The notes below the pieces were generated by a model. That model ran no database searches, had not been told where the DNA came from, and was given only the letters and a program-made list of their open reading frames with translations. Below, piece after piece: positions 37,643 through 48,330 of a stretch of DNA of 64,000 nucleotides. Source of the stretch: Felis catus (Eukaryota); contig NC_058369.1 of the NCBI RefSeq assembly GCF_018350175.1, positions 16,928,001-16,992,000 on the forward strand, given 5' to 3'. The first letter of the stretch is position 1. Each line of letters opens with the position of its first letter. Position numbers and translations under genes: made by a program.

Positions 37643-37941
37643 TATCAACCCCAAAACAGAATAAAGGTGTGTGCTAGGGCTCTGAGCAAGGTTAGAAAAA
37701 CATACCGTTCTGTCATACTCCCAGCAAATAATGCTTTCTGTAGCTTTGGGGTCAGCCATATACCCTCTAGCCCATGGTAAGAGCCAAGAGCTTTCCAATA
37801 ATGCTGTAACACCAGGGAAATGGCTACCTCTGAAAGCCAGCTCTGTCCCCCCACCCATGCACGGGAGGAATCACCCAGCAAAGCTGGTCTGGGTCCACCT
37901 ACCAGGCATGCACTTCTGGGCTGGGCTGCAGGCTGACTGAC

Positions 37942-38060
37942 CTGAGGAACTGCAAGGGGTGTGGCTCAGCCTGAGCCCGGAAGAAAACATCCACCGAAGA
38001 CTTAAGACCTTCTAGGAACACAAGCTGCCCGCACTCCCGCGCCACAGTCAGGCTGACACC
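37942..38060 (-). CDS. ELP6: ELP6 coding exon 4: GVSLTVARECGQLVFLEGLKSSVDVFFRAQAEPHPLQFL(R)
   Basis: Acceptor gtgtttAG|GGT; donor CAG|GTCAGT; 119 nt. Confidence 0.96.
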
Positions 38061-39109
38061 CTAAACACAACACAGAGGAGAGTGAATTACTGTGCCTTGC
38101 AGAGGAACCCCTCACAGAGGCTGGATTCCAGCTCACAAAAAGGTACAGGACACATTCTAAGCCCTGCAAATGTGTACCTGTACACCTTTGTATGGGGCCC
38201 ACGCCTTCTTTCCACTGCGTGGTCCCAACCCACGATCCCCACGGTTTTGAGGTGAGCCTCTACATTTATCACTTTTTAAAAAACTGACATTTTTGTTTAT
38301 ATGCTCATTTTTGTGATTACTCAATACTTGGTTCTAATTTGCAGTAGTATTACAAATGCACATATTTATAAAATTAAGTATATTTAGAAACAATAATAAT
38401 GACAATAAAATGGTGGGAGAATGACCAAGGTCTGAAAAATGCTGGTGAAGGAGACAGGGACAGATTTTGGCTTTGAGTTTCACAAACCCTCTTGTTTACG
38501 CATCAGTGGCACAGGACCTCAGAGTTGCTCTGAGGCTTTCAAATAACCTCAGAGACTGGAGTTGCCAGGCTGCCTAGAATACAGGAAGACTGCATTACCA
38601 GCAAGTTCTCCTTCTCTTCCCTCTACCTCTGAGGAAGCACTCCCATGAGAGTTAGGACAATACGAGCTCTTGATGCACTAGTTCAGAGCTCAGCAAACTT
38701 TTTTAGCAAAGGGCGAGACAATCTACGCTGCAATACTCTGTGGAGGAAGAGCAGCCGCACACGATTCATAAACAAATGGCAGTGGCTACACTCTGTCTAG
38801 CCCTCTTCTAGACCAGAGCTTTTTTAAAACTTATTTTCTAGAAAATTTTTAAAGTTTACTTATTTATTTTGAGAGAGAGCACGAACAGGGGAGGGGCAGA
38901 AAGAGATGGAGAGAGAGAGAATCCCAAGCAGGCTCCACGCTGTCAGCGCAGGCCTGGTGTGGGGCTCAACCTCACACATCATGAGATCATGACCTGAGAT
39001 GAAACCAAGACTCTGACACTTAACCGACTGAGCCACCAGGCACCTCTAGACCAGAACTTCTTAATATGGCTCTTTATAAACTACCCAATTAAGAATCTTT
39101 TTCTTAGGA

Positions 39110-39243
39110 AACACCCAGTTAAAATGCAGATCCCTGAGCACCATTCCAAACCTCCAGAATCAGAAGCTTTGCAGGCAAGGCCCAAGAATCTGCATTTCAA
39201 CAAACACCCAAGGACAGACACAATCTAAATCTGCAACTCACTG
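39110..39243 (+). mobile_element. MER5-family remnant
   Basis: aaaatgcagatccctgagcaccattccaaacctccagaatcagaagc...cccaagaatctgcatttcaacaaacaccc. Confidence 0.65.
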
Positions 39244-40899
39244 CTCTCTCTGTGCAGAAATAGGTCACGTGGAACTCTTTAGATTCCTCATGCCCCTAGA
39301 CCAGGTCTCAATTGCTCATTTATACCCCAGTGTCCTCCGCTATGCAGCACCATGAGCTCCACAGCCACCCCTGGCAGAGAGAAAGACTCCTGTTCACCTT
39401 TGCTCTTGCTCATGACAATTCTACTAATGGCAGTTCAATAATACGCCAAGAGTATGGAGGCTCACATTCATGGACTTCACGTGCCCGGTACCATGTCTGT
39501 CATTCTTGCTGTGCTGATGATTCAAAGGCAACAGAAGAAGTAGCCAATCTGGACATGAGAATACACAGCTTTCTCACCCAGAGACACTGATGCTAGGGCC
39601 ATAGAGACATGCTTCACAGACCTGGAATGCACATGTGTTCTTGACATGACTGCTCTCCCTGAGCTCATGCTCTGACCTCTACCACAGGAGGTCTTCCTTC
39701 TCTGCAAAGGATGGGAAAGAGTCTACCCTCCTCCCATTCTCTCATTTGTTTCTCCCCATCAGAGTGACATCAGGCAGTGTAATGGCCCAATAGGAAGACT
39801 GGCATTTCAGTAGTCACTGCTAATGGGTGGTCTGGTTCTTTCCCTCTCTGAGGCTAGCCTATTAAAAACAAAACAAGGGGCACCTGGGTGGCTCAGTCAG
39901 TTAAGCGTCCAACTGTTGGTTTCAGCTCAGGTCATGATCTCACAGTCTGTGGGTTCAAGCCCTACATTGGGCTCTGTGCTGACGTGCAGAGCCTGCTTGG
40001 GATTCTCTCTCTGTCCCTCTCTCTCTGACCCCCCCTCCCCATGCTCTCTCTCTCTCTCTCTCTCAAATATAAATTAATTAAATAAAAAAAATTTTTTTTT
40101 CATAATAATAGGGGTGCCTGGGTGGCTCAGTCAGTTGAGCATCCAACTTCGGCTCAGGTCATGATCTCACAGCTTGTGAGTTCGAGCCCTGCGTCAGGCT
40201 CTGTGCTGACAGCTCAGAGCCTGGAGCCTGCTTCAGATTCTGTGTCTCCCTCTCTTTCTGCCCCAACCCACTTGCATTCTGTCTCTGTCTCTCTCAAAAA
40301 TAAACATTAAAAAAATTTTTTTTTAATTTTTAAATAATAATAAATAAATAAAACCAAAACTAACAAACAAAAACTAGTAAGCCCACCTGGTCACAGGTCA
40401 CAGGTGATGGCCTAGACTAGGCCAGAAGGTTCGCCAGACTCTTGGCCATCTTATTCTTGCCTGCCTACATGAAAGGCAGGCCGAGATGAGGTAAGGAGCA
40501 GGTCACAAAAGCACCTCTCTCCACCTTTGAGTACTAAGCCATAGACTTAGGGAGAAACAGTAGGAGGCACTCAACTTGGTGGTAGACCAAGCTGTGGGTC
40601 TCCAACCCAGCAGAACTAAGATTAAAGCCCACAGTGAGAAGGAGAAAATCTTAACTGGTCCAGAGTCAGTAGAGCTAGGTTTGATTAATTAACAACTGAT
40701 TTGGTTCTATAAATTCTAAATGAGTAAAACAGGTAGAGATGCTGCCTTAGCTTTCCAGATAAGGGTTTCAGAACTCCATGATTTCCTCAGTCCCTCCCTT
40801 GCTAAGTTCTCTACAACCCAACCAGGGGAGCCCAGCCTTGGTCCCACTCACACCTGCATGACCCACATACTCTGCACCACAGAGGTCTACAATATTTAC

Positions 40900-40970
40900 C
40901 AACTTCTGTCCCACGATATTGTAGTGACTGAAGGACTGGATCAGTGCCACAAAGCAGACTTTACAATTAG
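40900..40970 (-). CDS. ELP6: ELP6 coding exon 3: (A)NCKVCFVALIQSFSHYNIVGQKL
   Basis: Acceptor ttttgctttctAG|CT; donor TTG|GTAAAT; 71 nt. Confidence 0.96.
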
Positions 40971-42199
40971 CTAGAAAGCAAAATAAACAGATTTTTAATA
41001 AAGTCTCTATGTATAATCAGTCTCATATACTTTGTACCTCTAGAAAATAAAGCTCTGACTTTATTGGGTCTATAGACCCAAGAGGCGTTGCAACCAGACA
41101 TCCCCAATTTGATTCTAAGCTGCACTTTTTTTCATATATAATAATTATACCTATTTCATTGATCCTGAAATGTACTTCTTCAGTTATGTGTATCAATAGG
41201 TCCCTTGTTTTGTTCTATTGTAAATAAACTGTGGTTTTTAAAAAGTAATACTTTTCTGTTTGTACAGAAATACAACTTTTTTTTTAACAACTCACTTTTT
41301 AAAAAACTGGTCTTATATCCAAGAAATTATAAGTGGAACACAAAGAAACTCTAGCTACCTTAATGAACATAATTAGTTCTAATATTTTATCTATAGATTC
41401 TCTTGCTCTTTCAATCCTGACAATAATATCATCTGGAAAAGAAAACAACTTTCAAAGCTGTAAACGATCACAACTAAGAGTGCCAAAGGTGTACCCTCTA
41501 TTCTGGCCTGGCTCAGTAGGGGCTCACGGAGAATCACCTGATAAATGAGTCTTTTTTTTCATTTGGCTGTTTTCTTCTTCTAATCCATTTTCATATGTAA
41601 ACTGCAGTGGCCCCACAGTTTTCCTATGCTCTTTAGGAAGCATCTACTTCCAGGGCAACATGTCAATGGGTCCAGAGCCCAAAAACCTCAAGATACACAA
41701 GGACTGGGGGGCGCCTGGGTGGCTCAGTTGGTTGAGCATCTGACTTCCGCTCAGGTCATGATCTCACAGCTTATGGGTTTGAGCCCCGCCTTCGGGCTCT
41801 GTGCTGACAGCTCGGAGCCTGGAGCCTGCTTTGGATTCTGTGTCTCCCTCTCTCTCTGCCCCTCCCCTGCTCATGCTCTGTCTCTCTCTCTCTCTCAAAA
41901 ATAAATCAAAATGTTTTGAAAAAAAAAAAAGAGAGATACATAAAGACTAAGGAGCAACTAAATCAGGAGGCCACACGAGGATCTCAGTGAGACCATGCCT
42001 GCACACTGGGTGGAGAAGGGAAGATAGGAGCACATACCACCCTTTGGCAGGGATGGGCAGGGAACAAGATGGTCAAGTAACCTGTTACCTAATAAACAGC
42101 CATCTGGCTACCCAAACACCTAAGACCTAGTTAGTTAATACCATTCCCATTGCTTTTAGCCTTAGGTTTCTTGTTCTATAGCACCAATGAGTCGTATAC

Positions 42200-42278
42200 C
42201 TTTGAGGTAGAAGGAGAGAAAGTGGTGCACAAGGAAGCTGCCATCTGTGTTGGCATCACAGAGTAGAGTCAGTTTCCC
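42200..42278 (-). CDS. ELP6: ELP6 coding exon 2: GKLTLLCDANTDGSFLVHHFLSFYLK(A)
   Basis: Acceptor cttaactcgtAG|GGG; donor AAG|GTATAC; 79 nt. Confidence 0.96.
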
Positions 42279-42333
42279 CTACGAGTTAAGAGGAACACAA
42301 AAAGGTGAATTAGACTCCCTGGAAAGAGGTCAG

Positions 42334-42336
<3 letters not shown>

Positions 42337-42378
<42 letters not shown>
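42337..42378. repeat. (AC)21 microsatellite, read as (UG)21 in ELP6 pre-mRNA
   Basis: Direct reading; 59-100 nt upstream of the exon 2 start. Confidence 0.95.
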
Positions 42379-42380
<2 letters not shown>

Positions 42381-43612
42381 CCAGAAAGAAGAAAGTAAGT
42401 CAAAACTATGGAAAAACCAAAAGTTAGAGTGATTGTTATTAAAGTCACTCATTACGGACAAGCACATCTCAGCTTCCACTTTCCCAAGGCAAAGAGAGAA
42501 TAAAAACCCTTCTCTTCCTCATTCACCTTGGTAACTCAGGGACCGGTCTTGGAAGAACTAGAGAAGCTTTTACCATTAGAATCCAACAAAAATCACAGCC
42601 TGCTAAGACTGGAATGGACCTCCAAAAAAGTAGTATGATCCAACTTCCTATTTTTTTTTTAAGTTTATTTATTTTTGAGAGAGAAAGAGGGAGCATGAGC
42701 AGGGGAGGGGCAGAGAGAGAGGGAGAAAGAATCCCAAGCAGGCTTTGAGTTATCAGCACTGAGCCCAACGAGGGGCTTGAACTCACTACTGGTGAGATGG
42801 TGACCTGACCCAAAATCAAGAGTGGGAGTCTTATCCAAATGAGCCACCTAGGCGCCTCCCTATTTTTAATTCCGATACCAAATCTGTACAATAGGGTGGG
42901 AGAGAGGGAAGAGTAGTTGTTGACAGAGAATTCCAATAACAAAATTCTCATCCCAATGGCCCTAGACACTGCTTCAGGAAAAGCTCTGATCACGGAGAGT
43001 TCTGGAAAGACCTCTAAAGATGGTCTCCACAGTGGCTGACTGCCTTGCTGCAGCCACCTCTAGTTCCTTTTCAGTGATAGGGAAGGTCGCAATCAAATGG
43101 TATCAGACACGACACTTCTGTACTGTTGTGACTTTTTTTTTCACTTATAAAATATGAAAGATCGCACCATCAGACCTTGAGGGTTACCTCCAGGGCTGCC
43201 ATTTCCTGGTGCCCACTTTGATCTTCCATTCCTTCACTCTGGCCTTGGGCTGAGCACTTTGGAGGTGCCAGCAGTAATTAGCAAGGTCACCAGAAACATC
43301 TTCAGGCTTGAGCAACTGAAATCCACAAGGGTCTACTTAAAACTATAATTTGCCTGACACTGAGGGGGGGGGTGGGGGGATCATAAAAAGGCCTGATTGA
43401 GGGGCGCCTGAGTGGTTCAGTCGGTTAAGCATCCAACTTCAGCTCAGATCATGATCTCCCAATCTGTGAGTTGGAGCCCTGAATCGGCTTTATTCTGACA
43501 GCTCAGAGCCTGGAGCCTGCTTGGAATTCTTTGTCTCTCTCTCTCTCTCTCTCTCTCTCTGCCCATCCTCTGCTCGCACTCTGGCTCTCTCTCTAAAATA
43601 AATAACATTTCA

Positions 43613-43830
43613 GGGGCGCCTGGGTGGCGCAGTCGGTTAAGCGTCCGACTTCAGCCAGGTCACGATCTCGCGGTCCGTGAGTTCGAGCCCCGCGTCAGGC
43701 TCTGGGCTGATGGCTCGGAGCCTGGAGCCTGTTTCTGATTCTGTGTCTCCCTCTCTCTCTGCCCCTCCCCTGTTCATGCTCTGTCTCTCTCTGTCCCAAA
43801 AATAAATAAACGTTGAAAAAAAAAATAAAA
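43613..43830 (+). mobile_element. Young felid CAN-SINE inserted in the tail of an older SINE (43401-43605)
   Basis: Young consensus; AAAATAAATAACATTT repeated on both sides. Confidence 0.93.
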
Positions 43831-44149
43831 TAAATAACATTTTAAGTTTTTTCATAAATAAATAAGCAAGCAAGCAAGCCTGATCGATACACACGATGTC
43901 TTGGCTGCCTGGAGTTTACCATTTCCTTAGGAAGACAATGGTTATAAAATGAACCAGGTAAATTCCTGAAAGAAATAACCCCTGGGTTAAAATAAAAAAT
44001 TTCGGGATGCCCCAAAGTACAGAAAGAAGGAAAGAGTGGCGAGGCTGCTATGCCTCAGGCAGACTTGATACAAGCCAACGCTGGCTGAAGGCAGTTTGGA
44101 ACAGCACTATTAAAGACCAAGAGGAGGATGAGGAAAAGGAGGAGGAGCA

Positions 44150-44950
44150 GCGTTCACCGCGGAGTACCGAGGGGCCAGAGAGAGACCGAGGGCGATTGAG
44201 AAGCTGGTCTCAAGTGAAGGGTGGAGAATCAAACTCTCAGGCAACCTCCTCTAGACGCCGGGCCCCCCACCCCAGTGAGAACGCACAGGGCCCCCCGGTA
44301 TCCGTCTGTGTACGTAAGCCGATGCGTAGTCGGCCAACCTTCCTGGGCACTTTCAAGGGTACACAAGCCTTTGAGAAGACCCCCACCTCCCGCAGGCTCC
44401 AGGGCGGAGCCCAGTCCCCGGGGCGGCCATCCCTGGACTACAACTCCCAGGCGCTTCAGGCCCGCGGAGGTCGTGCCTTTCCCACGAGTCCGCGTGCGCT
44501 TCATCCGGGTATACGGTCTTCCGCCACGCTCCGGGACCCGCCCCCTTCCCACCGCGCGACGCCTTACCTGCTCCGCCCTGTCAGGAGTGGTGTTGAGAAG
44601 GTTATTGAGTTCAGGGAACATTCCGAGCTCTGAGGATGAGCCTTCCCGGACCGGTAGCTGGGGCTGCGGCGGCGGGGAATGCGAAGAGCTACACACCAGT
44701 CGAGCCCGCGCGGGGAAAGCGCGCACGCGCAACGCCGCTTCGAGGAGCCGTCGCAGCCAATCAGCCAAGCGCCTGGATCTGGGCTGCTGCCGGCGCACGC
44801 GCGAGGGCGGGCATCCGGCTGGGGTGGTGGATGGTACGGGTCTTGTGGCGCTTTTTCTGAGGGTCTTAGGTGCTGGTGCTTTGCTCCTTCACTTGGCCTC
44901 GCTCTCTCCCCAACGCTGGGATTTGGGGCAATGCAGTTCGCCCCTCCACA
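44150..44950. promoter_or_regulatory. ELP6: ELP6 CpG-island promoter
   Basis: CpG-dense. Two NRF1-type GCGCACGCGC (44721-44730, 44793-44802), CCAAT box 44757-44761, GC boxes, and ZNF143/THAP11-type ACTACAACTCCCAG 44437-44450. Confidence 0.85.
44568..44621 (-). CDS. ELP6: ELP6 coding exon 1: MFPELNNLLNTTPDRAEQ
   Basis: ATG at 44621-44619 (context GGA ATG T, purine at -3); donor CAG|GTAAGG; 54 nt. Confidence 0.97.
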
Positions 44951-45372
44951 CGTGCCTGTCGAGCACCTGCTGTGTGTCCCCCACTGCTCAAAGCTAGGGC
45001 TACATAGGGAACGAGATGAGTGAGGATGCCTGCCCTTTCTCGCAAACGCAATGAACACAGAATTGTACGTTGAAAAGTTCTTGGAAAAAAGCAAAAGCAG
45101 GATGAGGGAGTAATGGTGGGGTAGGGGTAGGTTTCGTAAAGAGGTTGTGAGGGTAGACTCCCTATGAAAATATGATTGGAACACACCCATGCTCTTGCCC
45201 GGGATTTTGCACCAACTGTTCCTCTTTACTGGAATGCTGTTTCTCTAGATGTTGAGACGATTAAAAAAATCCTCCACTTACTTCAGGTCTCTTTGCTCAG
45301 ATGTCACTATATTCGAGGCCTTCCCTGACCGTCCTGTTTAAATTTGCAAACTATCCTTTCCCCCTGCTTTTA

Positions 45373-45734
45373 TGTTGAACACAAAACGTGAACATTGTCC
45401 AAACCATAAGTTACTAGACATCCTCTCCCCAACCTGAGGACTATGGCTTCTTTACCAGTCCCAGGTTTAGCCTCACTCTAGTTGGCCTCCCTGTAGATGA
45501 AATCTATTAAGGTACTCAATTACAGAATTATCCCCACCCTCTGACAGCATCCTATCCCAAACCCTCCTCCCAATCATCTAACAAGCCCAAGTCCTGTAAT
45601 TATGTTCTAACACTCTTAATAATATACCCCACGATTTCCCATGATATGCATTCTCTTTCACAGCAATGAATAACAAACCCAACTTTTCAACAATAGATCA
45701 ATTTCTGGTGGTTGTTGCCTGGAAGGAATTGACA
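45373..45734 (+). mobile_element. Solo ERV1-class LTR (MER31-like) next to an L2 remnant
   Basis: TG...CA ends (tgttgaac...attgaca). 3' part aataacaaacccaacttttcaac...ctggtggttgttgcctggaaggaattgaca resembles recalled MER31 ends. Confidence 0.6.
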
Positions 45735-46039
45735 TGATTTCTAGCAGCCAAATTTCAACTTTAGAAAACAGTTTCTCAGTAAGAAAGCAGGAGTCACTCA
45801 GAGAAATAGGATACTATCAGACTAGCAGCTGCAGTATTTCTTGAGAGAAATACTGTTTCTGGTTACAGCTGGTTTTATCTGTGTTGATGATGAACAGCTG
45901 GACAGGTTAATGTCCTTATTTGAATCTCCACACCAGATGGCAGAAGGGCTGGGATTTTTGTCTCTCATTTTAAGTCTCATTTCCTCAGTGCCTAAAAGAT
46001 TGCCAGGCACATGGCAGGTGCTCATTTTGAAGTAATGGA

Positions 46040-46146
46040 CGTATGTATTTTTCTGTAACCATGGGCTGTCTTTTTACTTTCTTGGTGGTTCCTTTGAAGC
46101 AAAAAAGTTTTTAGCTTAAAAAAATTTTTTTAATGTTTATTTGTAT

Positions 46147-46187
<41 letters not shown>

Positions 46188-47200
46188 ACTGTGTGAGCAG
46201 GGAAAGGGCAGAGAAACACAGAGACAGAATCTGAAGCAGGCTCCAGGATCTGAGCTGTACGCACAGAGCCCAACACAGGGCTCAAACTCAACCAGCCATG
46301 AGATCATGACCTGAGTCCAAGTCCAACACTTAACTGACTGAGCCATCCAGGTGCCCCATTTTTAGCTTTGATAATATCTAATTTATCTTCTTTTTTTCTT
46401 TGTTTCCATGGGCTTTTGGTGTCATCTAAGAATCCATTGCAGAATCCAAGGTCATGAAAATTTACCCTTGTGTTGTCTTCTAAGGATTTTCTAGGTTTAT
46501 CTCTCACACTTAGGTCATTGATCTGTTTTGAGTTCATTTTTGTACATCGTGTAAGGTAAGGATCCCTTTAGCTGGGGTTGTATAGGGACCGTGTTAAATC
46601 TGTAGATGGATTTGAAGAATATTGTCATCTTAACAATGTTAGGTTTTCAAATTCATGAACATTGGAAATTTTTATATCTACTTAGATCTTTAATTTCCTT
46701 CAACGATGATTTGTAGCTTTCAGAATATAAAGTTTGTACTTTTGTTAAATTTACTCCTTTTTTCTTTGTTACGCTATCGTGAATGGAATTTTTTCTTCAT
46801 TTTTCATGTCGTTCATTGCAAATGTGTAAAAATACAATTGATTATGTATATTAGCTGGTATCCTGCAACCTTGCTGATCTTGTTTATTCTAGTTTTTTTA
46901 AGTGGGTTCTTCAGGATTTTCTATGTATAAGATCTTGTTATCTACAAATAGAGATAGTTTTACTTCTTCTTTTCCAATCTGGATGCCTCTTATTTAATTT
47001 TCTTGCCTAAATGACCTAGCCAGAACCTCCAGTATGCTGTGGAATAGGAGAGGTGAGGTAAGACATCCTTGTTTTGTTACTGCTGTTAGTGCGAAAGCAT
47101 CCAATCTTTCACTTCGGAGTATGATGTTAACTGTGGGTTTTTCATGGATTCCCTGAATCAGGTTGAGGAAATTCCCTTCTATTTCTAGCATATTTAGTCT
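46040..47200 (-). mobile_element. Old L1 ORF2 fragments, minus strand, with an internal SINE
   Basis: ORF 46994-47191 (EKPTVNIILRSERLDAFAL...KQGCLTSPLLF...LEVLAR) is the L1 reverse transcriptase region. Confidence 0.8.
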
Positions 47201-47584
47201 TCTTACTCTTTATGATGTTTCTTTCCCCAGCCATGGGCATTCCCTCACATGCTGAGTACTTGAGGGTGACCCCCTGCAGGTCTCAAGGATCTTTCTCTGT
47301 GCAACTCTCTCTTTGCTGGTACTCTGTCCTATCTACGAATTCAGGCAGCCTTGGTCTCCCCAGGCTCTTAGCTTCAACTTTTCAACTCAGGGAGTATTAC
47401 ACTTTAGTTCCTCCTCCCTGTCTGGAAATAAGACAGCTTGGACAATCACAGGGCTCACCTTGTTCTTTGCCCATTTCTGCAGAGTCACTGTCCTTTGTTG
47501 CCTGATGTCCAGTGTCTTTCAACTTGTTGCATATATTTATATATGCCATCTTTTCTTTTTCTTTCTTCTTCCTCCCTTCTGGCC

Positions 47585-47631
47585 CTCCCTCTTCCTTCCT
47601 TCCTTCCTTCCTTCCTTCCTCCCTCCCTCCC
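47585..47631. repeat. (TTCC)n/(CTCC)n pyrimidine tract
   Basis: Direct reading. Confidence 0.85.
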
Positions 47632-48316
47632 TGTGTCAGCCTCAGTGTGGGTGACTGTGGGCTGTAGCAGTGGTGGGGAGTTTTAGGAGCAGTGGGGGTG
47701 CAGGTGCCTGGGTTCTGTCCAGCAGCAGCCAAGTCCACAGCAATGCTTCCAGTGGCTCCATGGCTCCCATTGCTCCCCCTTTGTCTGTAGTCTTCTCACA
47801 CTCTCTCTCCACCAGATATCCAGCTCTGTTTTGACCTACAGGCCTTCAGGTGTCCCATTTTCTTTCTGTGAATTGGGACTCCCCCCCCCCCCCCATTCCC
47901 TTCCCTTCCCAGCATGATCCCATGACTGCCCTGGAACTCAGAGCCCTCTGGCAAGCACCCTCAGTGTTTTCACCTTGTTCTCCTCCTGAGAACAAGTGTC
48001 TGCTCTACAGCCTCCAGCCCTAGATACATTCTTCAGCCCCACTTCTCTGCTTCTAATCATCACTGGTAGAAAACATCACATGGCCCTGCCCCAGCCCCAC
48101 TTCAAATACTGTTGCATCCACACCACAGTTTCCCTTTGCCTTCCTTTGTGTAAGTTGATGAAATGTTTCCACCAAGTGCTGCCTGATACCTCCACAATCA
48201 GATCCATGACAAAAGAGTTCTTATAACTGCAAGTTGAAGGTGAACCCACAGGCCCCATAGACTGCTGGCAAAAGCAAAGCAAAGCGGGAAGTGGGTGTGG
48301 GTAATCTCTAGCACAT

Positions 48317-48330
48317 CCACCAGAGGGCAG
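48317..48330 (+). promoter_or_regulatory. Strong CTCF core motif match
   Basis: CCACCAGAGGGCAG fits the CTCF core consensus CCASYAGRKGGCRS; motif match only. Confidence 0.5.

Larger units (their letters stand above)
31907..44621 (-). other. ELP6: ELP6 gene body, start to stop; 7 coding exons, 266 aa Elongator complex protein 6
   Basis: Exon lengths 54+79+71+119+202+147+129 = 801 nt with compatible phases. Spliced protein runs MFPELNNLLNTTPDRAEQGKLTLLCD...KSVSFFAKGMSPAVL*. Confidence 0.97.

Noticed and set aside
44622..44798. In-frame 59-aa N-terminal extension of ELP6 from GTG at 44798
   Set aside because: The GTG lies in an NRF1-type promoter motif, probably upstream of the TSS; the ATG at 44621 gives the expected 266-aa protein.
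44007..45190. 208-258 aa ORFs overlapping the ELP6 promoter
   Set aside because: CpG-island artefacts; only 44568-44621 matches ELP6.
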